Shown one piece after another: positions 39,518 to 54,130 of a DNA stretch of 64,000 nt. Each line of letters begins with the position of its first letter. Within the stretch, counting starts at the first letter, position 1. A program made the translations under genes and the position numbers. The notes below the pieces were generated by a model. That model worked only from the letters and a program-made list of their open reading frames with translations. It ran no database searches and was not told where the DNA came from. The stretch spans positions 9,920,001-9,984,000 of the forward strand of contig CM069140.1 of NCBI GenBank assembly GCA_035221665.1, written 5' to 3'. The DNA is from Okamejei kenojei (Eukaryota).

Positions 39518-42500
39518 TGCCTGGAAAGTTGTTGGTTCACAAGCCTAGGTGGCATCTGCAAGAGCACTGCATTTATTAAAAATCATGTATGCAGGGATTT
39601 CCTTTACCAGATACTTTTATATTAAAAAAATAATATTCTATAGGGCTGCAGCTAAGCAACATGGTAAAAAAAAAAATTGATTGGGTACATCTGAACTTTA
39701 ATACTGTTGGTGACACAACCTAAGAACATAATGCCTTAAACTCACTGCCGAACAAGCTGTTGATTATGCAGAAATAAATGAAATAATGCTGGACCCTAGC
39801 CAGTCACCCTTTGCTATGTCCTGAAAGTCACTTTGGACAGGTGATTTGTCTCGCTACTTTTCAAGCTGTGGTGTAATGCCACAAGGTTTGTTTCTGTCAG
39901 CAACGTATTGGACTTGTATATCTGAGCTTTTTAAGACGTGTGATAGATTACTAAAGTACAAAGGCCGGTGCATTGTTACGTGTGAGCAATAGTGTACTGA
40001 GTTGTACATGAAAGTTTCATAGTCCACACTGACAATATGTGGTGACGTGGTCCAAAGAACAAATCATCTTTCTAATCACTGGGTCCGCCTTTTTGTTTTT
40101 GAAGTGTTTGGCAAGCTACGTTTACACAATGTAGAAATCATGTGATGTGTTTTATCTAGCTTTCATGCAGAGCAAACAGGATACTGAATTCATAATGATC
40201 TGTGATGGTAGAATTTGTAAATGAATTTGTAAATCCAGTGATTCGCAGCAATTTAATGATTCAATTAATTTCAATTCCTGACTGTCCATTCTGTCACATA
40301 AAAAAAGGGCGGCACACTGACACGGGCCGAGTTTTCATGTTTACCCTGTGACCGCGTGGGTTTTCTCCGGGTGCTCCGGTTTCTCCCACACTCCAAAGAC
40401 GTGCTATATTGTTGGTTAATTGGCTTTGGTAAAATTGTCCCAAGTGCGTAGGATGGTGTTAGTATACAGGCTGATCGCTGGTCGGCACGGAATTGGTGGG
40501 CCGAAGGGCCTGTTTCCGTGCTGTATCTCTAAAGTAAAGTAATAAAAACACTTGAAGACAAAATATAAGGAGACTAACATAGAGTGGATTTGTAAAGAGT
40601 GAACAAGACAGCAGGTGTATTCTATTCTACCATCCATCATCCAGATGCCCACAATAATCTGAACCTATTTGTTATGGGCAGACTTGTTATGGGCTGCCTT
40701 ACTTATCAGAAATGCTTTAGAGTGTTTCAGTCCCGTAAATTGTGGCTTCAGAGCAGTATTGTAGTTTCATAGACAATCGTCTTACGTATATGTGCATATT
40801 TGTAGAAGCAGGATTCTTTACAAATATCTTTGTTCTTGTTCCCATGAAAAAAAGTTAAAACATTTTACTTGCGCACTTCAAAGCATCGCTATAATAATTT
40901 TAGATTAGATTTTATTACTTGTCATTCGGACCTCAGAGAGGCTCAAATGAAATTCCGTTTCTACAAGCCATACGAACAGAACAATTCATAAAAAAACACA
41001 CAAACAATTCAATTCACACAAACATCCATCACAGTGAATCTCCTCCTCACTGTGATGGAAGGCAAAGTTCTTCTCTCTCCCCCGCACCATTTCTCTCCCG
41101 ATGTCGAAGCCCCAGGCGGGCGATGTTAAGTCCCACAGCCATTGAGGCTGCGCCGGGCGATGTACGGCCCCGCTCTAGGCCCAAAAGTCACAATTTGGAG
41201 CCCCTGGCAGGCGCTGGAATGTCCCGCGGCCATTAAAGTCGCGCCGTGCGATGTATGCCCCACTCCGGGTCGTTCCAACCCCACGACACGGGCAGGAGAA
41301 GTTGTGTTGCGGGAGCTCCGGAAAGCGGTCTCTCACCCCGACCCGCGAGCTCCCGATATCCCGACAGTCCACCAGTAGTAATCTGCAGCTGGAGCTGGAG
41401 CTCCGGAGTCGGGCCGCAGCAGCGAGCCACCACTGCTCCCCATGCTCAGAGGCCGGCCAGCCCCATGATGGTGAGTAGTCCGCAGCTCCGCAGGCTCCGT
41501 GACTGCAGCCCCCAGGTCATCCCAGTCGGGTGCCGCTCCACGGTGCTAGGCCCCAACTATGTGATTGAACCCCCCCCCCCACCTCATTAATGATCTAGCA
41601 ACCAATTTGAACAATGGAACTAGATTGTAGAGCTATTAAAGATACTGGTTTAAACATCTTTGGGGCACTTTTCATTGGTGTCATCTCTCCTCCTCACCAA
41701 GGAAAGCAAGCCACAAATAACAAATTGACAGTCTACTAGTGCATAATTTTGTTTAATTGAACGTTTACAGCTGCACAATCCACTACTCAAAAACAAATGG
41801 TTTGTATCAGACTAACTAATGACACCGTATGAAAAGAAACTCTTGTCCATACATAATGTCCATGTACCAGCACTACTTATGAGGACAGTTAGGGCTATAA
41901 AAGGACACAGTTGTGCTATGTACAGGTTAAAAAAAAAATCTGAGCCCAGTTTTTGGAGAATGTCATGGTAGCAGTATACAAATCAAGTGATGTGACGGGC
42001 CTACAACGGTTTAGGTTGGAACCCTAACATTTATATTGGGTAGCACTGAAGGCCTCACGATGGCGGTGGAGGGAATGGTGGGGCGGTTGACTAAACCTGT
42101 TCAGAAGTCCGTGAAGGCTCTTGGTGAAGTTGGGGAGGAGAGGAGGGGTACATACCAAACCTAGGGGATGTGGCTGGGGTTTTGTGCTACACTGTGAGGG
42201 TGCGATCAAGAGTCAGACGGGCAACCTGGGGGTGTGGGGACGAGGGATAGGTGGTTGCATCCATCCCTCGTGGGGTCTGGTCCGGTCGGGTCTGGATCAA
42301 AGTGTATGGACCTACCGCGGTCCTATCCCACGCGGCATGAATGCAACGTGGTTAGTTCCTGGGACAATGTGACCCCAATTTCCCAAAAATAACCTATAAT
42401 ATCATTTTACACCGATCATTGATTGGTGTGAAGTGTAACGGGATGGAAAATACATCGTCAAATCTACAATTCTGCTGCCATTTTGCCACCTACAGATCCA

Positions 42501-43699
42501 CAATGAACAAAACTGTCTGATGGGATCTGATAGCCAGCAGCATCTTCATAAAACACAATTGCAGCTAACATTTCAAAGTTCCATGTGATCGTAGTTTCAG
42601 CACTTTTTTTCGCAATGTGCCAACTTTTCTAATTGCCCTGTCTGAATGCGTAAAAGCTCCCTCTGTCCAACGACATCATTGGACCAGTAGCCTACAGTGA
42701 AAAGCTGCCCGCACCTTAACTAAACTTCTGAGATTGTGATGTTTTATTATCTGAGCTAACTTTTTAAAATGATCCTGTTGATGCTTTGGAACTAGATCGA
42801 GTCCTCCATTCATTAGGTGCAACTGAATGTATGGAAGTCCACAGTAGACTTTGCACATGTTTATAGATATTGTAGATTTATTCCAGAGATCCATTTTGAT
42901 AACAAATGCCGTCTTTTGTGCAACATGTCCGCTAAATAATTGGCAAGCATAGAGTTGGTATCATGGAACATATCTGACATCTACATATAACTCAACCGAA
43001 TCATGTTAAATGTATTGAAACCAGAGGGGTGAAAATTCCTCATTCATTGAATCATTAAATGGAATCATGTTAAATGTAGTCAAACAGAGGGATAGAAATA
43101 CATTTAGAGTGGAATGATCATCGAATGAATGAATTGGTTACCTGGAATGAATTGGTTCAAAATATTTAAAAGGTATATCAGGCAATAATCTCCCCAAATC
43201 GATATGTGATTGACCAAGTACTGTGACATGTAATTATAAATTTGCTAGTAACCCCTGCAAGTGCTATTTGCCAGTTTCCATTAATCACACTTGACTGATC
43301 AAGTGATTCTTGCATCTCGTGTGTGTTTTGCACCATTAACTTATAGAAACCTGAACATAGCCTGGCATTTTTTTTTTCTCTCTCCATTTAAAACCGTTAA
43401 TTGTGTCACATGTTATGTACATTTGAAGGTGTAATTACAGCTTTGAATTTGTGAAGCCCATCTCCACAAGTTCAACATGTTTGTTTCAGAACATTTGTGA
43501 TGTTTGTCCATAAATGCAAGTTCATAAATTGCAGACGGTGCCATGAAGCATTGTTAATTAGACAGAGCCATTAACACCAACAAAGTTGTTCACTGCCACG
43601 TACAAATCTTTCAACCATGTGTTAGTGGTAAATGAAAAAAATGCACTGTTTGTAAGAGTTCAAGCATTTGAAATAAAGTGACTTAATCCTGTTTGACCT

Positions 43700-43765
43700 T
43701 TGTGTACAATTTTAATAAAAAGAAATTCAGAGCTAGAAACTGGTTTATTGTACATTGGGTTTCTT
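43700..43765 (+). terminator. Candidate distal polyadenylation signal of TMED5 (about 4.2 kb 3'UTR)
   Basis: TGTA upstream, AATAAA at 43714-43719, GT/T-rich downstream element (tggtttattgtacattgggtttcttg); repeat density rises right after; proximal hexamers also exist near 39575 and 39773. Confidence 0.5.
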
Positions 43766-46700
43766 GATTACATGTCAAGAATGTTTTATTGTCATATGCC
43801 CTGAAATGGAACAATGACATTCTTACTGGAGTGACTCAGCAGGTCAGGAACATTTCTGGAGAAAAGGAATAGGTGACGTTTCGCGTTGAGACCCTTCTTC
43901 TCAACATGAAACGATACCTATTCCTGACCCACTGGGTTACTCCAGCAGTTTATGTCTATCTTCTGTGTAAACCAGCAGCTCCAGTTCCTTCCTACATGAT
44001 GAAATTCTTACTTACAGCAGCACAACTAATATTTAAACATGGCACTCTGTAAAAACTCACAATAAACAACAAACATTTGTTTTTAATAAGTAAAAAGAAA
44101 TGCTCCAAAGTCTATAGTTTGGAGCCTAGTTGGAGATTGCAGTGTTTAATAGCCTAATGGGTGCAGGGAAGAAGCTGTTCCTCAACGTGGAAGTTACAGC
44201 CTTTCTGTCTCCTATACCTTCGTAGCATTCTTCATTGCTATGGACAGCCCCAGCAGAATCATTTCAATCATTTATTTCATATACAAACAGCTCAGCCAAG
44301 TTCTATGGCACAAGCGACTGCAGATGCTGAAATCTTGAGTGAAGAAACCGCTGGGGAAACCCAGCGAGTCAGGCAGCATCCGGGGAGAGAGATGGACAGA
44401 TGAAGTTTTGGGTCGGGTGCTTCAATTTATTTCTCTGGAGAAGTGGCCACTTAGTGATGCGTGTTGATTCCTTTTAGTAATTTAGACTCTAGAGACACTG
44501 CGTGGAAACGATTACCCCGTACACTAGCACTATCCTACACACTAGGGTCAATTTACAATTTTTGCGGAAGCCAATTAATCTGCAAACTTGTACGTCTTTC
44601 GAGTGTGGGCTGGAACCAGAGCACCCGGAGAAAACCCACGTGGTCACTGGGAGAACGTACAAACTCCGAACAGTCATCACCCGCAGTTGGGATTGAATCC
44701 GGGTCTCTGACACTGTAAGGCAGCAACTCTACCGCTGCGCCACCGTGCAGTATGAAACAGGAGTCAACAGAGTTTAATTGTAATTCAATGGTCGAACAAA
44801 ACAACAGCATTGTTACTTGAACCAACCTACACTGTAACACACCCATTGGCACTAATTGTGGTCTGCAACTGTAACAGCAGTGTTCCTGACGTTACTGGTA
44901 CTTGAGTGGTCTTGCAAATAACAGTGCCCTGGTTAGTTTGCCCACTGTCACAATAGTTTAGTGGATTTCTCTGCCACTGAAGGCAGTGAAGGCCAATTCA
45001 CTGGATGTTTTCAAGAGAGTTAGATATAGCTCTCAGGGCTAACGGAATCGAGGGAGAAAGCAGGAACGGGGTACTGATTTAGGGTGATCATAATCAAATT
45101 GAATGGCGGGTGCTGGCTCGAAGGGTCGAAAGGCCTGCTATATTTTTCTATGTTTCTAGTTTTAGTTCATATCACTGAACATCAATGTAAATTCTCCTCT
45201 TCGTCACTGCTGGCATTATTAAGAGAGGTTCACATTCTTCATCATTGCAGCACTGAGAGACCCATGATAGTGGAGGAGTCATAGAATCATGCAGCATGAC
45301 AACAGCCCTTCAGCCCAACTTGCCTGCGCCGGCCAACATGCCCCATCTATCTAGTCCCACCTGCCTTTGTTTGGCCCATATCCCTTTAAACCTGTCCTAT
45401 CCACTGGGATACCTGTCTAAATGTTTCTTAAACATTTGTGATAGTACCTGCCACAGTTCCTCCTCTGGCAGCTTATTCCGTGCACCTACCCCCCTTAGTA
45501 TTAAAACAAAAATTGTCGCTCGGGTTCCTATTAAATCTTCCCACCCCCTTCACTTTAAACCTATGTCCTCTGGTTCTTGATTCCCCAACTCTGAGTAAAC
45601 AAATGTGTGCATTTGCCCTGTCTGTCCCTCATGATCCTGTACACCTCATCCTCCTGCACTCCAGGGTATCGAGTCCCATACTGCTCAACCACTCCCCATA
45701 ACTCAGACCCTCGAGTCCTGGCAACATCCTCATAAATCTTCTCTGCACTCTGTCCATCTTAACAACATCGTTCTTGTAATAAGGTGACCAAAACTGAACA
45801 CAACGTTCAAAATGAGAGTGGGCTGGTGCATCAAAGTTGCAGGTTGGGTCACTCCTGTTGACTGAACACGGGCAAAGTGATCACCCAAAAGGTTTGGTTT
45901 CTCTAGACAGCATTTGGAAATGGGCTCACCCTGTTGCAAGAATAAGACAAGTTCACTTCAATTCAAACGTGTTTTGAAATCTGAGCTAACCACCTCTTAA
46001 TAACTTTCAATCTCCATTGGTTCAGACTTGAGAGAGTTTTCAACTAGCTTTTAAATCTGTAATTTAATGTTAATGGCACTAGGTGGCAGCGCAATCCATG
46101 TTTTCCCAAATGTTAGTATTTCTGAAGCCGCCAAATAGCGTTCATAGAACGTAGAACAGTACAGCACAGTAACAGGCCCTTCAGCCCACAATGTCTGTGC
46201 TGAACACGATGCCTAATTGTCTAATTTCCTCTTCCAGCATGTGATCTATATCCCTTCAAGACAAGAGACATTTATTGTCACACGTACCAATTGGTACAGT
46301 GAAATATGTGGTCACCATACAGCCATATGAATAAAATAAAGAGCACAGAACACGATAGTCTTTAACATAGACATCCCCACACAGCGAAATCAAAGTTTCC
46401 CAATGTGAGGGAAGGCACCAAAGTTCAGTCCTCCTCCTCTATGTTGTCTTCTGTTGTTCACCCGTGGTCGGGGGGCTCCCGAACCGCTCGCTGTTGCCGC
46501 TCAGGCCCGCTCGCCGGGATGGTGGAACTCCGACGTCGGAACGGGAGAACAACCTCAGCGGCTTCCTTCCCTGCATAAAAGCCTCTTAAACACCACTATC
46601 ATGTCTGCTTCCAGTTACAGCTCAGTTTATTGCCCAGTGTACCGAGGTACACCTTTGTTGCGTGCTATCTAGTCAGCGGAAAGACAAGACATGATTACAA

Positions 46701-49700
46701 TCGAGCCATTTACAGTGTATAGACACATGACAAGGGAATAACGATTAGTGCAAGGTAAAGCAAACAAAGTCCGATCAAGGATAGTCCGAGGGTCACCAAT
46801 GAGGTGGATAGTAGTTCAACACTGCTCTCCAGTTACCACCACCACTACCTCTGACAGCACATTCCAGACACTCACCAATCTCTGGAAAAAAACATGCCCC
46901 GCTCATCTCTTTTAAACTTAGCCCCTCTCACCTTAAAGCTATGCTCCCTAATCTTTGATGTTTCCACATGGGAAAAAGGTTCCGTCTGTCTTACTTATTC
47001 CTCTCCTAGTTTTATATACTTCTATCATGTCTCACCTCAACATCCAATGCTCCACAGAAAACATTCTAAATTTGCTCATCCTCTCCTTGTAGCCAATACC
47101 CTCTAATCTAGGAACTTGGAACATTTCTACTGACTACCAGATTATATTTCAACAATTTATTTTTCTTGTGCATATCCCACAATTCTTGCTGATGGTTGAC
47201 AATGGGCCACTTGGCTATGGAACCTGCACAGAGTGGTGAACACAGGCCACTCCTTTGTGGGCTTCTCACATCTTCCCATCCAGTCTATCTTCACAATGCA
47301 TGAGTTTTGGATGGCTAGAAGTATCATTGAGGATAGCTGCCAACCTCACAAAGTGCTGGAATAACTGAGCAGGTCAGGCAACATCTCTGGAGAATAAGGA
47401 TGGGTGACCTTTTGGGCCAGGACCTTTCTTCAGACCCACATGGACCCCAGCAAGGCAATTGATAAGATTCTGCAAGGTAGGCTGGTCTGGGAGGATTCTC
47501 TATCCAGCCCATGGAGAAGACTGGATAGAGGATTGGCTTCATGGGTGGAAGCAGAGGGCAATGGTGGAAGATTGTTTTTTGGACTGGGGGCCTGTGACAT
47601 GGTGTGCCTCAGGGATCAGTGCTGGGCCCATTGCTATTTGCGGTTTATATGAACAATTTAGGTGAGAATGTATGAGGCATGATTAGTATGTAGATGAGTT
47701 AAAATGCATGGTATCATAGTGATGATGGTTATCAAAAATCACAGCAGGATTTTGATCAGTTGGGCAAGCGGGTGGAGGAATGGTTAATAGTGTTTAAACA
47801 GATAAGTGAGAGGTGTTGCATTTTGGGAAATCAAAGCAGGGCAGGGCCTTCACATGCATAGCAGGGCCCAGGGGGTGTTGTAGAGCAGAGGGAGCTTGGA
47901 GTGCAGGGACATACAAATACTCCAGAGAAAGCAATCCAAATGTGTTCATCCTCTCCTTATAGCTAATACCCTGCAAACGTATTGACTTGCAAATTATATT
48001 TTTCTTGTGCAAATTCAACAGTTCTTGCTGAGGGTGCCATTGGGCCACTTGACTATTGATCCCGCAGAGAGTGGTGAACACAGGCCACCCCAGTAAAGTC
48101 AGCAAAGTCAGCAATGTCCAATGAACGATAGTCCGAGGGTCACCAATGGTGTAGATAGTAGTTCAGGACTGCTCTCTAGTTGTGGTAGGATGGTTCAGTT
48201 GCCTGGTAACAGCTGGGAAGAAACTGTCCCTGAATCTGGAGGTGTGGAAAAGTAGAAGGCATGGGTTTGTGAGAGAGGAGAGTTTTACAAAGAATTGAAG
48301 GTCAACTTCTTCACACAGAGGGTAATGGATAGATGGAACGAGTTGACAGATGAAGTGGTTGAGAGGTAAAATTACCTTGTATATAATACGATGCTGTCTG
48401 TCCTGCTGGGTTACTGTAGAATTTAGTGCCTATCTTTCATATAAAATATACTTGGACAGGGAAGGTTTGCAGGGATATGGGCCAAATGTAGGCAAATGGG
48501 GCTAGTTTAGATGGGGCCTCTTAGACGGCATGGACAAGTTTGGCCGAAGGGCCTGTTTCTGTGCTTTAGTCTGGTTTAGTTTAGAGATACAGTGTCTAAA
48601 TGGGCCCTTTAGCATACTGAATCCACACCGACCAGCGATCAGCCGTACACTATTTCCATTCGACACATTAAGGACAATTCTTACAGAAGCCAATTAACCT
48701 ACAAACCTCCACGTCTTCGGAATTTGGGAAGAAACCGGAGCATCCCGAAAAAATACACGTGGTCACAGGGAGAACGTACAAACTCCATACAAACAGCTGA
48801 CTCCATAGTCAGGATCGAACCCGGGTCTTTGGCCCTGTAAGGCAGCAACTCTACCGTTGCACCACCCCCTACTGCCCCCCCACTGTGCTATACATCTGTA
48901 TGTTTGTGTGACCATGACTCTAAATACAGGGTATCCTTCCATGCCAACTGGATCGAAAGAGTAATCTTTAGCAGTCGTCCTTTACACCGTATCTCAAACA
49001 GGAAGCATTCTATCGATTCATTATCATGGTTTGTTGGTTGTGTCATTTGACTCACACCGGTGCTGTGTGCAAATGGGTGATGTCAGGTGATGCAGCGGAA
49101 ACATCTAATCCTTCAGCAGATCCGGCAGTAGATTCAACGCGCTGACTAAATCTGTGGAGTATCACGGCTCAAATTCCAGTGGCATTCCGGAAAGACTTGG
49201 CAGGGGATAGAAAGCATCCTGTGAGCAAACTTACAGGATACGCTCTGCACAAATACCAGATAAATGACGGAGGATACTTGAACCGGGCATTTATTTTTAG
49301 TGTGATAATGATACAAAAAATCTGAAGGAAATTTATAACCTGAAATTAATGCCTTCATAGGAATCGTGCCAAATGGACCTTGACTTGTTATATTCCAAAC
49401 CAGTGGCTCTATATATGTATATTATATATCTGTGTGTGTGTGTGTGTATTATACTGTATTATACTGTAATAATACAGTATAATTATTATATATATAAGGC
49501 CCCAAGCCCTCACTGGGGGAGTCCAGAACCAGGGGTCACAGTTTAAGAATAAGGGGCAGGCTATTTAGGACTGAGTTCAGGAAAAGCGTTTTCACCCAGA
49601 GAGTTGTGAATCTGTAGAAATCTCTGCCACAGAAGGCAGTGGAGGCCAATTTACTGGATGTTTTCAAGAGGGAGTTAGATTTAACTCTTAGGGCTAAAGG

Positions 49701-50329
49701 AATTAAGGGATATGGGGGAAAAGCAGGAACGGGCAGGTACTGATTCTTGGATGATCAGCCACGATCACATTGAATGGCGGTACTGGCGCGAAGGGCCGAA
49801 TGGCCTACTCCTGCACCTAGTTTTCTATGTGTCTGTGTTACAGGCACGAACTAAAATCAACGGGTGACCGCAGATCGAAATAGACGTCACACTGGGAAAG
49901 GGAATGAGTAGATTGATGAGGGTCACTGTTTCTATATTTGTGTTATGTCCGGTCTGTGTCGCTCAGTTTCACTCAGCGATCTACCAAATGGGGTCAGCAT
50001 AGTTTCAGTTCGAATTACTGCTAAAACACAAATGAACTTGTGCTGTAACACCAGGATAAGTGCTCAACCAACTCAACAAAGCCCAAAGCCAAAGTAGTAT
50101 CTAAACTACCTGTATGAATATGAAGTCAGTTATTGTCCTCTAACATAACTACCTATACATACGTGTGCAAGAGGACAATAACTAACTTAATATTCAGTAA
50201 TAAGCCATCTACATGTTAACAAACACACAAGCTAAATGTTTAAATGTCTAACCAAGATAAATAATCCCAATGTCACATGAGAATCTAAGGTGCCTTGACA
50301 CAGTTAAATAAATGGGACAAGAAAAACTC

Positions 50330-50384
50330 AATGAATGAAGGAATGAATGAATGAATGAATGAATGAATGAATGAATGAATGAAT
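50330..50384 (+). repeat. (GAAT)n microsatellite, probably a retroelement tail
   Basis: Directly visible; abuts the tttattgccacctgtacc repeat end. Confidence 0.9.
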
Positions 50385-50719
50385 GCTACTTTATTGCCAC
50401 CTGTACCTAGGTTCAGTGAAATTCTGTTTTGCATACAATGCGCGAGTATGCAGGGTCGCCACTGCTGACAAAGTATTCACTGTAGTCCTGATGGTCCCTC
50501 TTTGTCCAGTGCCCTCCCCCCACGCCGGGCCCATCTGTGTTCTCTTGGCACCTCTCCCTCCCTCCCAGTTCCCTCTTTGTCCTTGGTACCATCCTCGGCC
50601 GACTTCCGGCACACGCAGCCCATCCTGGACCGGCCGACCCACCTCACCCACTCATGCTGCCCGTCCTCGACCCACCGACCTTCAACACCGACTCAGCCTA
50701 CCCACGACTAACCGACCTC

Positions 50720-51223
50720 TAGGGTTGCCAACTGTCCCGTATTAGCCGGGACATCCCGTATATTGGGCTACATTTGTTTGGCCCATAGGTGACCGCCCTG
50801 GTCCTGTATTTGACTGCTACTACTCGGATCGAGGGGACTGTCGGGTTGGAGCGCCGTGTCCGGCTCCGCCTCACCCGTCCCGAGGTAGTGCAGCCTATGG
50901 AGTGCAGCAGCAGCACCTCGCCCGTGGCCTCGTCTGTCGGCAGCCCGGCCAGCCGTCCGACCTTCGGACCTTTGCCTACCGCCGACACCACCACCCCTCC
51001 TTCTCATGGCCGATCATCGGTTCATGAGTTGGACGGGGCGCCGGACTTTGCCCGCACGGCCCAACACTCCTCAGCTGGCCCGCCGGCTGGGCTTTGTGCA
51101 GCCCCAGGCCAACCCATCATTCACCAGCTATGGACGAGTCGGCCAATGAATTGCCGTCGGGGATTTCGTCCCGTATCTTGAGCTTTTGTCCCTGATTTGG
51201 GAGTGAGGAAGTTGGCAACCCTA
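50720..51223 (+). mobile_element. hAT-type MITE
   Basis: TIRs TAGGGTTGCCAAC / GTTGGCAACCCTA; same family as 52318-52897. Confidence 0.8.
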
Positions 51224-52317
51224 AGTGGGCACCTCCCTTCACTGGTGTTGCATTGAGTTTGGCCCACGACACTTCGGGAAGACTCAACAGTGAGTTCTGG
51301 CATCCCAGAACCAACCCCCTCAATACCTAAAGATCGGAGCGATTTGTGCAACCAAGTTTATCCCAGGTATAAGTATTTATTTCTCAAGTATTATAAACAA
51401 ACGACATTAATTTAATCCTTGCTTACAAGTTTTATGCATGTTTTAAAGCAAGGTCAAAAAATGGATTAGTTGGAGTTAATAGATCAAAATCTTTGCTCAA
51501 GATTCAGGGTTCATTAACAACTATTATGATGGCAGGAACATATTTTGCAAAACATATTATCTCCATTAAAGTGGCATTGCGTTGTTGCGTGCAATTGAAA
51601 GAAACATCTTAGTTTAGTTTTAGATTTAGAAATGCGGCGTGGAAACAGGCCCTTTGCCCACCGAGTCCACACCGACCAGCGATCCCCGTACACTAACATC
51701 ATCCTACACACTACGGTCTTTACCGAAGCCAATTAACCTACAAACCTGTACATCTTTGAAATGTGGGAGGAAACTGGAGCACCTGGAGAAAACCCACGCG
51801 GCCACAGGGAGAAGGTACAGACTCCGCACAGATCCACAGAGTCAGGATCGAACCCTGGTCTCTGGCGCCGTGAGGCAGCAGCTCTACCGCTGCGCCTCTG
51901 TGGGAATTTGGACACTAAACATTCTCTCCTTGTACGTTGCTGTCCATTCACAATATGACGTGATGGACTGGGCTCCTCTCTGCAATGCCCTGCGGTCACT
52001 GGAGGAGCAGAGCAGCGGCACTACCTGCTGAGCCACGTCACCACCTTAATGTTGCACAGCTTGTGTTATCTCAGTGTGAATGCTGCCAGATCCCGCATCC
52101 CCTACACCATACGTACTCTTCCAGTCCACCACTGCCTTTGATCGGACTTTATCTTGCACTAAACGCTATTCCCTTTATCATGTATCCACTCTTGCCTGCC
52201 TTCCATCACATACCTGTAGACTCTGGATCATACAAAACTATCAAGTCCATCTCTTAACCTGAACCAATTCCCTATCCTTGTTTATCCCTAACCCATAGAC
52301 TGAATGTGGCTCCAGGT

Positions 52318-52897
52318 TAGGCTTACCAACTGTCCCGTATTAGCCGGGACATCCCGTATATTGGGCTAAATTTGTTTGTCCCATATGGGACCGCCCTTGT
52401 CCCGTATTTGACTGCTACTACTTCGGGTCGAGGGGACTGTCGGGTCGGAGCGCCGCGTCCGGCCCCGCCTCACCCGTCCCGACGTAGTGCAGCCCATGGA
52501 GTGCAGCAGCAGCAGCGCCTCGCCCGTGGCCCCATCGGTCGGCAGCCCGGCCAGCTGTCTGACCTTCGGACCTTCGCTTACCGCCGACACCACCACCCCT
52601 CCTTCTCATGGCCGATCATCGGTTCATGAGTTGGACGGGGTGTCGGACTTTGCGAGCGAGGCCCCCCGGGCCACAACTCCTCAGCTGGCCCGCCGGCTGG
52701 GCTCTGTGTGCAGTCCAGCACCCGGGCCACAACTCCTCAGCTGGCCCGCCGGCTGGGCTTTGTGTGCAGTCCAGCACCCGGGCTAACTCATCATTCACCC
52801 GGCCACGGCCGAGTCGGTCAACGGATTGCCGTCAGGAATTTATCCTGTATTTTGACCTTTTGTCCCTTATTTGGGAGTGAGAAAGTTGGCAACCCTA
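52318..52897 (+). mobile_element. hAT-type MITE with 8-bp TSD
   Basis: TIRs; flanks ctccaggt / gtccaggt (7/8); internal tandem duplication near 52665-52780. Confidence 0.85.
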
Positions 52898-54130
52898 GTC
52901 CAGGTGTAAGTATCATTCTGATTCGATGCCTGCGTCCAGCAGAGTGCCACAGAGCTCGGTGCTGGGTCCACTGATCTATACATCCTAGCTTTCCTGTTGA
53001 ACTTCAACCTTCAGATGCCAAGAGACTTGTTTCTTTTCCTTGTTAAAGAAGGAACTGCAGATGCTGGAGAATCGAGGGTTACACAAAAAGCTGGAGAAAC
53101 TCAGCGGGTGCAGCAGCATCTAAGGATCGAAGGAGATAGGCGACGTTTCTTTTCCTTGTTAGTTATTGAGTTAGTTCAGTTTATTGTCACGTGTACGGAG
53201 GTGCAGTGAAAAGCTTTTGTTGCGTGCTAACCAGTCAGCAGAAAGACCACACATGATTACAATCGAGCCCTTCACAGAGTACAGATACATGTTGAAGGGA
53301 ATAACGTTTCCCTTCAACATGCAAGATAAAGTCTGTACAATGGTAGTCCAAAGGTCTCCAATGGGGTAGATGGTAGCTCAGGACCGCTCTCTAGTTGTTG
53401 GTAGGATGGGTCAGTTTCCTGATAAGGTCCCTGAATATGGAGGCTTGCGTTTTCACATTTTGATTCCTTTTGCCCGATGGGAAAGGGGAGAAGAGGGAGT
53501 GCTTCTAAACCCAAAACATTTGTGGTTAATGATCTCCTTGCTCTAGTTGCAGCCTTACAGGGCCAGAAACCCGGGTTCGAATCCTATCTGTATGGAGTTG
53601 GTATGTTCTCCTCGTGACCCCAGTTTTCTGCTGGTGCTCCGGTTTCCTCCCACACTCCAAAGACATAGTGTATTGGTTTGTAGGGCAGTTAGCCAGTTAA
53701 GATTGTAAATTGTCCCTAGTGTGTAGGGTAGTGCTAGAGTACAGGCTGATCGCTCGGTGGGCCGTAGGACCCGTTTCTGCGCTGTATCTCTAAACTGAAC
53801 ATAAACTAAGCTAATAATAATAATTAATTAATAAACGAATCTAAATGAAACTATTCACGGTGAAGTTTTCTGGTAGGGAAACCAAGAATCCCACAGTCTG
53901 TGAAACCAGGGTCTCTGCACCTCAGTATTAAGTGGGCACCATGCTACAAGCATTGGGGTTGAGGGGCCATCAGAGATACTGAGAGAGGAGTACTTGAGAT
54001 CGTCAGTGTTGATTTCCTTGCACTAATCTCGTTGCCTCCATTGACATTCTAGGGCCAGGATGCTGGAAATACAATAGTATATGGTTAACTCCTCAGACAC
54101 ACCTTGCCTTGGTGCTTCACTTGCGAGCGC

